The notes beneath the pieces are model-generated. The model worked only from the letters and a program-made list of their open reading frames with translations. It was not told the origin of the DNA and did not search any database. Shown here piece by piece: positions 1 to 9,384 of a stretch of DNA of 51,587 bases. The stretch is taken from the NCBI GenBank assembly GCA_023250035.1, contig JAHFBK010000001.1, positions 1,928-53,514 on the forward strand, given 5' to 3'. The position numbers and the translations under genes are program-made. Position 1 is the first letter of the stretch. Each line of letters starts with the position of its first letter. The DNA is from Candidatus Dadabacteria bacterium. GTDB taxonomy: Bacteria > Desulfobacterota_D > UBA1144 > Nemesobacterales > CSP1-2.

Positions 1-55
1 ACTCTTCGTCTGTAACAGTTGTGACTTCAACGACTTTATAAAGGGTATTTTTCAT
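1..55 (-). CDS. 5' end of an unidentified CDS running off the window (MKNTLYKVVEVTTVTDEE...)
   Basis: ATG at 55-53 on the minus strand is preceded by AGGAAA about 6 nt upstream. The frame is open to the window edge, but only 18 codons are visible. Confidence 0.3.
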   Translation of the reverse strand, partial: MKNTLYKVVEVTTVTDEE

Positions 56-250
56 CTGTTTTCCTATTGAAATACTAGGCGTATAGAAATCAAATATAAA
101 TCCGACAGCAATACTAGTGATCTTCCTTTGAGGAAGAATGGGTATTATGCCCATTCGCTTAACAAATTAAAATTATCACATTGCTAAGGGTAGATCAGAA
201 GTCTTCCACGTGACCATTATACTCATATATCTTCATGACTAAATTTGACG

Positions 251-1234
251 TTATCTTTTTGATGAGTTCAGAATACTTGCAGCTTCTTTAGCAAAATAAG
301 TAATTATAATGTCTGCACCTGCGCGTTTTATACTCGTAAGAATCTCTATGATAAGCTTAGTCTCATCAATCCATCCAAGCCTTCCAGCAGCTTTTACCAT
401 TGAATACTCACCGCTAACGCTATATGCTGCAATCGGGTAATCAAATTCCTCCTTTGCCGCTTTTATCACATCGAGATAAGAAAGGGCAGGTTTTATCATC
501 ACAATATCTGCACCCTCCTGAATATCAAGGGAGATCTCTCGTAATGCCTCCCTTATATTGGGTGGGTCCATCTGGTATCCATGCCTATCTCCAAATTGTG
601 GTGTCGAATGAGCGGCTTCCCGGAATGGTCCATAAAAAGCCGAGGCGTATTTTGCGGAGTAAGACATTATAGCTACATTTTGAAACCCGTTTTCATCGAG
701 TACCTCTCTTATTACACCGACACGCCCATCCATCATATCAGATGGAGCTACTATGTCTGCCCCTGCTTTTGCATGGGAGAGTGCCATCCTCCCTAGATAC
801 TGGAGTGTCTCATCATTTTCCACCTCACCATCTTTTATAATTCCGCAGTGACCGTGGCTTGTATATTCGCACATGCAGACATCTGTAATTAAAAGAATGT
901 TGTTTATTTCTTCTTTAATCCTTCTTAGAGATTTTTGTATAATTCCGCTTTCACTGTAACCCTCGGATCCAACCTCATCTTTTCTCTCAGGAATACCAAA
1001 AAGTATTACAGCTCGAATTCCAAGCTCTTTTATTTCTTTTATCTCATTAATTGCATTGTCAATCGAATATCTAAAAATTCCAGGCATAGACGCTATTTCT
1101 TCTTTAACTCTATTACCGGGGATAATAAACATTGGATATATAAAATCGCTAACAGAGAGATGCGTTTCTTGAATAATTTCACGGATATTCTTTGTTTTTC
1201 TTAGTCTTCTGGGACGATAAGATGGAAAAATCAT
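251..1234 (-). CDS. hemB: Porphobilinogen synthase (delta-aminolevulinate dehydratase), Zn-type
   Basis: Full-length 327 aa with the typical N-terminus RPRRLR. The cysteine-rich Zn site is [14 protein letters not shown], and the active-site Lys context is VMIKPAL. Confidence 0.95.
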   Translation of the reverse strand: MIFPSYRPRRLRKTKNIREIIQETHLSVSDFIYPMFIIPGNRVKEEIASMPGIFRYSIDNAINEIKEIKELGIRAVILFGIPERKDEVGSEGYSESGIIQKSLRRIKEEINNILLITDVCMCEYTSHGHCGIIKDGEVENDETLQYLGRMALSHAKAGADIVAPSDMMDGRVGVIREVLDENGFQNVAIMSYSAKYASAFYGPFREAAHSTPQFGDRHGYQMDPPNIREALREISLDIQEGADIVMIKPALSYLDVIKAAKEEFDYPIAAYSVSGEYSMVKAAGRLGWIDETKLIIEILTSIKRAGADIIITYFAKEAASILNSSKR

Positions 1235-1424
1235 TTAAACTAAAGTTTAATTGTTATAGTATCTCACAGTCAATATTGAATTTACACTTTTTATTAATGC
1301 TAGAATATCTATCACGATGCAGTTTTGATTAAGTTAAGAAAATCAACTCTTTATATATTTCCGCTATTGCTAAATATAAATCCCTCAAACAAACAAAAAA
1401 CACATACCTAACCAAAAATCCAAA

Positions 1425-2093
1425 TCAAGGACTAATTGATAAAGCTGTTATTTGCGGAGATTCGGTTTTATTTAGTAGTTTTCTATATACAAATCCTATA
1501 GCAACTACCGTTATAGGTATTGTAACAAAGAGACCTATGAAGAATGCTAGTACTCCAAGAAAATTAACGACCGAAATTAATAACCAAAAGAGTAACAAAT
1601 CTTCCTTCGCACCATTTGTGATTAATGAGCTTCTTCTTAATGCTTCAATTGGACCAAGACCCTTGTCAACAATAAAATAACCAAAGAAACTAAACTTTAC
1701 GCTCCATATGATACCCGGGATTATGAGGAGAACCATACCACAAAGGACAATTAAGATATATAGAATTATGCCGGATAAATACTTGAAAAAAAGAGGCAAG
1801 CAAGATAACAAATCTGCAAAAAAATCAGCAAATTCGCCCCTCAAGTTATCATAAATCCTTAAGGAAATTTTTATTAATCCCATCTGAATAACTATTTGTA
1901 TAACGAGGGTAAAAATATCAGAGACAAACGATAAAACTGGTATATTTTCTTTAGCCGACTTACTGATAAACTCAAGTAGTTGATAAATTAACCCGTCAGC
2001 AATAAATAGACCTATAAAAAAAATGAGATTGTTTTTTACCATGCTCCACCCAAATTTTATGGCTTCCCCTTTAGAAAATCTTTTTTCTATCAT
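1425..2093 (-). CDS. Polytopic membrane protein of unknown function (DUF975-like topology)
   Basis: 222 aa with 5-6 hydrophobic helices. The N-terminal motif FSKGEAIKFGW and a C-terminal helix pair resemble DUF975/BPSS1780-type membrane proteins. No catalytic motif was seen. Confidence 0.6.
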   Translation of the reverse strand: MIEKRFSKGEAIKFGWSMVKNNLIFFIGLFIADGLIYQLLEFISKSAKENIPVLSFVSDIFTLVIQIVIQMGLIKISLRIYDNLRGEFADFFADLLSCLPLFFKYLSGIILYILIVLCGMVLLIIPGIIWSVKFSFFGYFIVDKGLGPIEALRRSSLITNGAKEDLLLFWLLISVVNFLGVLAFFIGLFVTIPITVVAIGFVYRKLLNKTESPQITALSISP

Positions 2094-2279
2094 TTTTTCA
2101 ACTATCCTTTTATTTTATATATTAGTTAAATTTAGAAATTTTATATTTATAAATTTGCTTTAGCCATATTATACCTTTATATACAGTCGGTTTTGAAGAT
2201 ATCAAATCTATGAATCGTCATTAACCCATTTAATATGTACAAGATCGTCCTACTTCTTTTTAAACTTTTGATGAGAAAC

Positions 2280-2308
2280 TTCAAAACTGAAATAAAAAAT
2301 TGTATAAT
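2280..2308 (+). promoter_or_regulatory. Candidate sigma70-type promoter for pyc (TTCAAA-17-TATAAT)
   Basis: TTCAAA at 2280-2285, a 17-nt spacer, then TATAAT at 2303-2308 in the divergent AT-rich spacer. In AT-rich DNA such matches can arise by chance. Confidence 0.25.
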
Positions 2309-2437
2309 GAAATTGATAAACTATGACATTTCGATTCCTCGAAAACATATAATCAAGCAGGTTTATAGTATGTATGCAATTGAAGGTAATAATGGTATAT
2401 CTCGAACAATATATCGGCTCGAATAAACTCTTCATAG

Positions 2438-5400
2438 GTGGGAAAAGGAGGTAAATTGAACCGACGTTCTTATAAAAAAAGGATTAGTGTCAAACCCTTT
2501 CGTAGAGTTTTAGTTGCAAACCGTGGAGAGATTGCAATTCGTGTCTTTCGCGCATGTACAGAGCTCGGAATTGCCACAATCGCTATCTATTCTGAGGAGG
2601 ATGCATTTTCTCTACACAGAAATAAAGCCGATGAAGCCTATCTCATAGGAAAGGGTAAGGGTCCTGTTGAGGCATATCTAGATATTGAAGGCATTATTAA
2701 GTTGGCTCTGGATAAGAAGGTAGATGCAATACATCCAGGCTATGGGTTTCTATCTGAAAATCCCGAGTTTTCTCGTGCCTGCGAAGAGGCTGGAATAGTG
2801 TTTATAGGTCCTACTCCTGAAATCATATCTCTTATGGGTGATAAAGCGGAGGCTAGGCGCCTTGCTAGAAGTGCAGGGGTGCCTATTGTGCCAGGCACAG
2901 AAGGATTTATAACGAGTGATAATGAGGCCATCGAGTTTGCAGAAATCCATGGCTATCCAGTTCTTGTAAAGGCTGCCCATGGTGGAGGAGGACGAGGTAT
3001 TCGTATTGCTATAGATCAGAAGTCCCTACTCGAGAATCTTGGACATGCTAGATCTGAAGCACTAAGTGCCTTTGGAAGCGATTCCTTAATACTTGAGAAG
3101 TATGTTCAGAATCCGAAACATATCGAGGTACAGATTTTGGGCGACAGATATGGGAATATAGTTCACTTGTATGAGCGTGACTGTTCTGTACAAAGAAGGC
3201 ATCAGAAGGTTACAGAATTTACACCGGCTATTTCCGTTGATAATAGATTAAAAGAGAAGATTTACAATGCAGCTTTAAGCGTCGCTCGTGCCGTAAACTA
3301 TACAAGTGCAGGCACTGCTGAATTTCTTGTTGACAAAGAGGGAGATTTCTATTTTATAGAAATGAATACACGTATACAGGTAGAACATACAGTTACTGAA
3401 CTCATTACAGGGATTGATCTTGTACAATCCCAGATTCGTATAGCAGAAGGCTGCAGGCTGTCTGATCCTAAAATTGGAATTACCAAGCAATCTCAAATAA
3501 GCTGTCGCGGCTATGCGCTTCAGTGTCGTATAACCACGGAGGACCCAACAAATAATTTTCGACCCGATATAGGACGCCTTATCGCCTACCGCTCACCTGG
3601 TGGATTCGGTATAAGACTCGATGCAGCAAGTGCCTACGTTGGAGCAGTAATAACACCATACTATGACTCAATGTTGGTTAAGATCACGTCCTGGGCGCTT
3701 ACATTTGAAAATTGCATAAGTAAAATGGATCGCGCATTAAGGGAGTTTAGGATACGAGGTGTAAAAAACAATATCCCCTTTCTTCTAAATGTTATTCGCC
3801 ATCCCGTTTTTCGTATTGGTGGTTGTGACACATCGTTTCTTGAAAAACACCCAGAACTTTTTGAAATTCGAGAGTCCCGTGATAGAGCTACAAGGCTTCT
3901 AAATTTTATAGGGGATATAAGTATAAATCAGACACTTGCAAGGCCTTCTTCATGGGTAGAGAGACCACCTCTTACACCACCCCTTTCTGAAACAGATGGC
4001 AATCCAAAACAAGTTCCTGAACATCGCCGTATTCTTGAAACTAAGGGACCTAAGGGTTTAGCTGACTGGGTTCTTAAGCAAAAGCGTCTCCTTATAACGG
4101 ATACTACATTTCGAGATGCACATCAATCGCTCCTTACTACACGTATGAGAACATATGATATGCTACGTATCGCTAGGGCTACATCTCATTTTGAGAATGA
4201 CGTATTTTCTTTTGAAATGTGGGGTGGGGCCACATTTGATGTCTGCTTACGTTTTCTTAAGGAGTGTCCATGGGAACGTCTTACACGTCTTAGAAAGGCT
4301 ATGCCACATGCGATGTTTCAGATGCTTATTCGAGGAGCAAACGCTGTAGGATATACAAATTACCCTGACAATGTAGTGCATGAATTTGTAAAAGAGGCTG
4401 CCGCTTCTGGAATAGACATCTTCAGAATCTTTGATTGTTTTAACTGGATTCCAAGTATGAAGGTGGCGATCGAGACTGCTCTTGATACTGGTAAAGTGGT
4501 TGAGACTGCTATTTGTTACACCGGTGACATTACTGATCCAAGACGTGACAAATATTCTCTTAGTTACTATGTGGGCTTAGCAAAAGAGCTTGCAAACATA
4601 GGCGCTCATTTTATTGCAATCAAGGACATGGCAGGTCTTTGCAAACCTTATGCCGCTGAGAAACTAGTACGGGCTATAAAAGAGGAAACTGGATTGCCAC
4701 TTCACTTTCATACCCATGCTACAAGTGGTAACGGAGAAGCTACTGTACTAAAGGCAGCAGAAGCTGGTGCAGATATAGTTGATTTGGCTATAAGTACCTT
4801 GTCAGGACTTACCGCTCAACCAAGTTTAAACGCTATTGTGGCTGCTTTGGAAGGGGGGGAGCGTGACACCGGACTTGATGTGCAAGGTTTACATAAACTA
4901 TCTGCTTATTGGGAGATTGTTAGGGAGTATTATGCTCCCTTTGAAGGCGATATGAAATCAACAAACGCTGATGTTTACTTGAATGAGATTCCTGGAGGAC
5001 AATACACTAACTTAAGGGCTCAGGCGCGTTCGCTTGGTCTTGGGGATAAATGGGAAGAGGTAAAGCATATGTTTTCAGAGGTAAATAAACTCTTTGGTGA
5101 CATTATAAAGGTTACACCATCCTCTAAGGTCGTTGGTGACCTTGCATTATACCTGATTCAAAATAACCTCACCACTGAGGACGTAATAAAAAGGTCAGAT
5201 CAGATGAACTTTCCAGAATCCGTGATTGATATGGTGCGGGGCAATTTAGGTCAACCTCCAGGTGGATTTCCATTAGAGGTACAAAGGGCTATCCTCAAAA
5301 GTGAAGAGCCTATTAAGGTTCGTCCTGGTGAGCTTATTCCTCCAGCCGACTTTGATGCTACAGCCAAGCGATTAGAAAAACAGCTCGGCCACTCAATAAG

Positions 5401-5938
5401 TAACCAAGACGTTATATCCGCTCTTTTATATCCTCGTGTTTTTGAGGAATTTGATCAACATCGCACGACTTATGGAGATATTTCTCTTATACCAACACCA
5501 GCCTTCTTCTATGGTATGCAACCGGGCGATGAGATAACGGTTGAAATTGAGGAGGGTAAAACTCTACTTATAAAACTATTTGCTATTGGTGAGATTGAAG
5601 CAGATGGCCGGAGGCCCCTTCTATTTGAACTAAATGGGCAGCCACGCCCTGTAAGAATCCCTGATAAATCTGTACCGTCTGTGGTCAAGATACGACCTAA
5701 AGCTGATTTAGCTAATCCTGAAGAGGTAGGAGCGCCTCTTAGCGGTAAGATTGTAAGATTCTTCGTTAAAGAAGGAGATAAGGTTAACCTTGATCAACCA
5801 CTCCTCGTGATTGAGGCAATGAAGATGCAGACTAATATCAAGGCCCCTGAGGACGGCATAGTATCTAAGGTCTTTGCATCTAATGGAGAAAGTGTTGAGG
5901 CAGGTGACCTGATACTTCGTCTTACACCTCAGAGTTAA
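2438..5938 (+). CDS. pyc: Pyruvate carboxylase, single-chain (biotin carboxylase + carboxyltransferase + biotinyl carrier domain)
   Basis: 1166 aa. The BC domain shows VANRGEIAIRVFRA, the CT TIM barrel shows DTTFRDAHQS, and the C-terminal biotinylation motif is EAMKMQ. The real start is probably TTG 2456, 4-5 nt after AAGGAGG (2445-2451), rather than GTG 2438. Confidence 0.95.
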   Translation: MGKGGKLNRRSYKKRISVKPFRRVLVANRGEIAIRVFRACTELGIATIAIYSEEDAFSLHRNKADEAYLIGKGKGPVEAYLDIEGIIKLALDKKVDAIHPGYGFLSENPEFSRACEEAGIVFIGPTPEIISLMGDKAEARRLARSAGVPIVPGTEGFITSDNEAIEFAEIHGYPVLVKAAHGGGGRGIRIAIDQKSLLENLGHARSEALSAFGSDSLILEKYVQNPKHIEVQILGDRYGNIVHLYERDCSVQRRHQKVTEFTPAISVDNRLKEKIYNAALSVARAVNYTSAGTAEFLVDKEGDFYFIEMNTRIQVEHTVTELITGIDLVQSQIRIAEGCRLSDPKIGITKQSQISCRGYALQCRITTEDPTNNFRPDIGRLIAYRSPGGFGIRLDAASAYVGAVITPYYDSMLVKITSWALTFENCISKMDRALREFRIRGVKNNIPFLLNVIRHPVFRIGGCDTSFLEKHPELFEIRESRDRATRLLNFIGDISINQTLARPSSWVERPPLTPPLSETDGNPKQVPEHRRILETKGPKGLADWVLKQKRLLITDTTFRDAHQSLLTTRMRTYDMLRIARATSHFENDVFSFEMWGGATFDVCLRFLKECPWERLTRLRKAMPHAMFQMLIRGANAVGYTNYPDNVVHEFVKEAAASGIDIFRIFDCFNWIPSMKVAIETALDTGKVVETAICYTGDITDPRRDKYSLSYYVGLAKELANIGAHFIAIKDMAGLCKPYAAEKLVRAIKEETGLPLHFHTHATSGNGEATVLKAAEAGADIVDLAISTLSGLTAQPSLNAIVAALEGGERDTGLDVQGLHKLSAYWEIVREYYAPFEGDMKSTNADVYLNEIPGGQYTNLRAQARSLGLGDKWEEVKHMFSEVNKLFGDIIKVTPSSKVVGDLALYLIQNNLTTEDVIKRSDQMNFPESVIDMVRGNLGQPPGGFPLEVQRAILKSEEPIKVRPGELIPPADFDATAKRLEKQLGHSISNQDVISALLYPRVFEEFDQHRTTYGDISLIPTPAFFYGMQPGDEITVEIEEGKTLLIKLFAIGEIEADGRRPLLFELNGQPRPVRIPDKSVPSVVKIRPKADLANPEEVGAPLSGKIVRFFVKEGDKVNLDQPLLVIEAMKMQTNIKAPEDGIVSKVFASNGESVEAGDLILRLTPQS

Positions 5939-6009
5939 GTTCGTAAGCAACTTTTCTAGCGATTATAGAATATAACCTAATTACAAATTACTTATCTGCT
6001 TGAAAATAG

Positions 6010-6438
6010 TCACTGCTTAAGTTCAATGAACTGCGTGTAATCTCCTGAAGGGATAACTTTTAATCCGTCTATGGAGCGATTATAAATGTAAATCCAGGCA
6101 TTAATATTTTCCCCATTCTCTAGAGAAATATTGACTTTTTCGCGACGGAATTCTGTTGAAGAAGGATCGCCTGGTCCACAACCTTCATATTCATCAAGGA
6201 CTCTGAGAACACTATTCGGATTACGTAGGGCATATACTTCACCTTTAACTACTTCATCCGGGTCGCTTGAATGAACGGCTCCAGGGTACTCACCAATATT
6301 ATATAGCTTTCCAATGAACGTTCTTTCTCCTACGAAGTCAGCATCGCGAGACAAAATACGGTACATACGGTTCTTTGAATCCTTACGTAATGTTCCATAT
6401 ACAAAGATACGCTCTTTATTTCTTGCTAAAGATGTCAT
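6010..6438 (-). CDS. Gamma-glutamylcyclotransferase-like (AIG2/GGACT family) protein
   Basis: 142 aa with the N-terminal family signature VYGTLRKDS and a conserved acidic residue context (VKGEVY). Size is typical of GGACT/AIG2-like proteins. Confidence 0.8.
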   Translation of the reverse strand: MTSLARNKERIFVYGTLRKDSKNRMYRILSRDADFVGERTFIGKLYNIGEYPGAVHSSDPDEVVKGEVYALRNPNSVLRVLDEYEGCGPGDPSSTEFRREKVNISLENGENINAWIYIYNRSIDGLKVIPSGDYTQFIELKQ

Positions 6439-6446
6439 TTCAGTAT

Positions 6447-6899
6447 CTATGATTTCTGGGATTTATTAAGTTTAGAAAGCAAGTCATTCAAATTCTCGAA
6501 ACCTTGATTCCTAATGTAATCATCTAAAAACTTATTATCGGTTATGCGATTAATGTAATACTCAAAGACCATTTTGACCTAATCTAATGAGAGTTGTTTC
6601 ATCTTCCAGAGACTAGCAATGAACTCGAAGAAATTGAGGTAATCATCAAGTTCGTCTCGAAGCTTAATAGATTCTTCCCGACCTTCTTCTAGACTTTTCT
6701 CTATATCTTTTTGAATCTCATCAAGCTCCTTAGTTTAATAATCGATTATCCGACGAATGTTCTTGTATTGGTCTTTTTTGTAGAATTTTTCGTAGAGTGA
6801 ATTACGCCACTTAGCACGTTCTAACTGTGAGTTGCGTCGGTAGGTACAAAATGTAAAAACGATAGCTATAACTGAAATCAAATAAAATATGCGCTCCAT
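6447..6899 (-). pseudogene. Interrupted ORF (151 codons, one frame) encoding a membrane-anchored helical protein; two in-frame stops
   Basis: My own translation of the minus strand reads MERIFYLISVIAIVFTFCTYRRNSQLERAKWRNSLYEKFYKKDQYKNIRRIIDY*TKELDEIQKDIEKSLEEGREESIKLRDELDDYLNFFEFIASLWKMKQLSLD*VKMVFEYYINRITDNKFLDDYIRNQGFENLNDLLSKLNKSQKS*. The internal stops are TAA (6737-6735) and TAG (6581-6579). All three pieces are in the same frame and look protein-like. It is absent from the ORF track because each piece is under 60 aa. Confidence 0.55.
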
Positions 6900-6995
6900 T
6901 GGGTTTTTCACAAACTGAGAATTCAGAATGTCAATTAGTTATATTGAAAAATAATCGGTGTTTCTAAATGAATGCAACCAACTTTGATTTATCAA

Positions 6996-7004
6996 ATTAT
7001 AACA
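6996..7004 (-). promoter_or_regulatory. Candidate extended -10 promoter (TGtTATAAT) upstream of the interrupted ORF/GGCT-like pair
   Basis: The minus strand reads cttgTGtTATAATttg about 100 nt upstream of ATG 6899, within the 153-nt gap after the ICMT gene. Confidence 0.25.
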
Positions 7005-7052
7005 CAAGCCAGGGGTATCTTTTAAATAAGTTCAGTTCCGTTACCGCTGTTG

Positions 7053-7574
7053 TTATATTGCAAAACCTATTGAGGTTTTTCTTAGTGCAATCTTCTCAAT
7101 CTTTATCCTTCTTCTAAGCAAAATGAAGTTAATCACACTAAATATGGATGCTGTTAGATAACATGAAAATATCAAAGGTATTACAGCAATTTCTACAATT
7201 ACTGCAATATAATTTGGATGTCGAAGGTATTTGTAGAGACCTGTGTTAACCAGCTTATGGTTTGGAAGGACTAAAATTTTTGTGTTCCAGTACACACCTA
7301 AAGTTTTGATAGCCCAGTAGCGTAATACCTGTGCTCCTGCAAAGACAACAGCGAAAACAATCCAGTATGTATTTAAGGTTCTCTGGAAAAAAACCTTTTC
7401 ACAAATAAGCGAAATGAAAAAAGCCACGTGCATCGCCGCAATCACCCTGTATCCATTCTTATCAAACTCAATTGCTCCTTGGACTTTAAGAATCCTTTCG
7501 TTTCGCTTTGCAATGAGAAGTTCGATCAGACGTTGTAAAATTACGAAAAGCAGAAATAACCAAAAGGCTATCAT
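7053..7574 (-). CDS. Isoprenylcysteine carboxyl methyltransferase (ICMT)-family membrane methyltransferase (BpsB/YpbQ-like)
   Basis: 173 aa with 4-5 TM helices and the conserved C-terminal motif LYKYLRHPNY..E. Its start overlaps the PKS stop (TGATG, 1-nt overlap), indicating translational coupling. Confidence 0.8.
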   Translation of the reverse strand: MIAFWLFLLFVILQRLIELLIAKRNERILKVQGAIEFDKNGYRVIAAMHVAFFISLICEKVFFQRTLNTYWIVFAVVFAGAQVLRYWAIKTLGVYWNTKILVLPNHKLVNTGLYKYLRHPNYIAVIVEIAVIPLIFSCYLTASIFSVINFILLRRRIKIEKIALRKTSIGFAI

Positions 7575-8635
7575 CAGACTTTAAACAAAATAAGTTCAGA
7601 GCTAAACCCTGGGCCAAGGGCAGAGATTAAACCATAATCACCAGGATTGTATGTTCCATCGCTAAGAAATTCATTTAAAACATAGAGCACGCTTGGTGAT
7701 GACATGTTACCGTGTTCACGTAGAACCTTTCTTGAAAACTCTAGCGAGCCGTTGGTTAAGTTAAGAGATTCTTCATATGCATTTATAACCTTAGGACCGC
7801 CTGGATGTGTAACAAAATGCTTTATATCTTCAATTAATAGGTTGTGTTTTTGTGTTAATTCAGTAATATTCGGCCGCACGCACTTTCTGACTATTGTAGG
7901 AATATCTTTACTAAAGATAACCTTTAAACCATTATCTGCTACTTCCCAACCCATAACATCTAGTGAATCATAATAGGTCGTTGAGAGTGAGTCTATTAAG
8001 CTTATTCCTTTATTATGATAAAGCTTGTGCTCTCTACCAACTATGAGCGCTGTTGCGGCCCCATCAGAAAAAATTGCAGTGGCTATGATATTACTTTTTG
8101 AGTCATCATCTCTCTGGAATGTCAAACTGCATAACTCAACCGCAATAACTAATGCAGCGCTTTTTGGAAAGGCACAAGTGTATTCGAATGCACGACTGAG
8201 ACCAACAGCGCCTCCTACACATCCCAATCCCCAGATTGGAGTTCTTTTTATGTGTTGATTTAGTTTTAGTTCATTAATCAGTAAAGCATCTATACTTGGT
8301 GTGGAGATACCCGTGCTTGAAATAAATATTATATGGTCAAAATCAGAAAGCTCTGCATTTATTTTTTTTATACAATCATTTATTGCCAATGCAGACAAAA
8401 TACATGCATTTTTAACGTATAATTCGTTTCGCTCTTTAAAGCTGTGTGTTTGGCTAGCCCATTCCCTTGGCTGAGTGAAGTGGCGGAGTTCTATCATAGA
8501 ATTATCAAATACATTGATTAATCTATCAATATCTTCTCGCCCTTGATGGAATAGTTGATACACAAAATCCTTTACTTCATTTTGATATATCTTATAAGGG
8601 GCATCCGCTATACCAACAGAAACTACTTTTGACAT
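7574..8635 (-). CDS. Type III polyketide synthase (chalcone/stilbene synthase superfamily)
   Basis: 353 aa. The Cys-His-Asn triad contexts are WGLGCVGG, FVTHPGGPKV and HGNMSSPSVLYVL, with a C-terminal GPGF loop. Confidence 0.9.
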   Translation of the reverse strand: MSKVVSVGIADAPYKIYQNEVKDFVYQLFHQGREDIDRLINVFDNSMIELRHFTQPREWASQTHSFKERNELYVKNACILSALAINDCIKKINAELSDFDHIIFISSTGISTPSIDALLINELKLNQHIKRTPIWGLGCVGGAVGLSRAFEYTCAFPKSAALVIAVELCSLTFQRDDDSKSNIIATAIFSDGAATALIVGREHKLYHNKGISLIDSLSTTYYDSLDVMGWEVADNGLKVIFSKDIPTIVRKCVRPNITELTQKHNLLIEDIKHFVTHPGGPKVINAYEESLNLTNGSLEFSRKVLREHGNMSSPSVLYVLNEFLSDGTYNPGDYGLISALGPGFSSELILFKV

Positions 8636-8797
8636 TCTTTACGCCCGCTCGAAATCTTTATTAATGATCACTTTCTAACACCGGTTGAATATACAGGAAA
8701 TATAATACTTATATGTTTGATGGTTTTAGATGGAATTGGATTCCTACAACGTGAAAAGTAATCATCATATCTTTGATACATGCTATAATAACTTGTC

Positions 8798-9217
8798 CTA
8801 TCCTCTTACTTCCAGAACGCCCTTCATTCCCTTTTTCAGATGGCTGCCAAATAGACCCTTTTTATTACAATGGAATTCAAAGTTGCCGGTCTTTGTTGGT
8901 GTAAAAGTGATTTTGGCTTCTTCCCCTGGTGAAATATCCTGGTCTATACTTAATCCTGCTTCAGGATAATTGAGAGTAAAATTGTGTGGGACAAGCTTTG
9001 TTACACTTTTTAATGTAATTTCTACAGGTTTATTCACAGCTACGATTATCTGATTGGGATCAAAGGAGTAACTATCTACTACAACCTCAACCCTTTGAAC
9101 ACCGTCCTCTGAGAGTTTAACCTCAAATGGCTTAGTTTCTTCTTCAGCAGCTAAAGTCAATAATGACATAAGACAATATGTAAATAAGAAAAATAGCAAT
9201 TTTGAAATATGTTTCAT
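8798..9217 (-). CDS. Secreted cupredoxin-fold (type 1 blue copper) protein
   Basis: 139 aa with an N-terminal signal peptide (LLFFLFTYCLMSLLTLAA). The candidate Cu ligands are His (VPHNF), Cys (FHC), His (GSH) and Met (KGMKG) near the C-terminus. Confidence 0.75.
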   Translation of the reverse strand: MKHISKLLFFLFTYCLMSLLTLAAEEETKPFEVKLSEDGVQRVEVVVDSYSFDPNQIIVAVNKPVEITLKSVTKLVPHNFTLNYPEAGLSIDQDISPGEEAKITFTPTKTGNFEFHCNKKGLFGSHLKKGMKGVLEVRG

Positions 9218-9384
9218 TATATTTGTTCTCCTTTCTTAAATTTTTATATAAGTATTGTACGCTCTAATATTGTTTTTGCAAAGAAAATTTCTTTCACTAT
9301 TTATCATGCTACCACTACTCTACTTGCCTAATATGGTAAACTATTTTATTTTCATCGGGAACAAGTATTAAGTTCCAATATCAG

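Noticed and set aside
6447-6899. The in-frame TAA/TAG could indicate an alternative genetic code.
   Set aside because: Neighbouring well-supported genes end at TAA (pyc, hemB), TAG (sppA, phaR, the DnaC-like gene) and TGA (cdaR, the site-2 protease) at the lengths expected for their families. The standard code 11 therefore applies.
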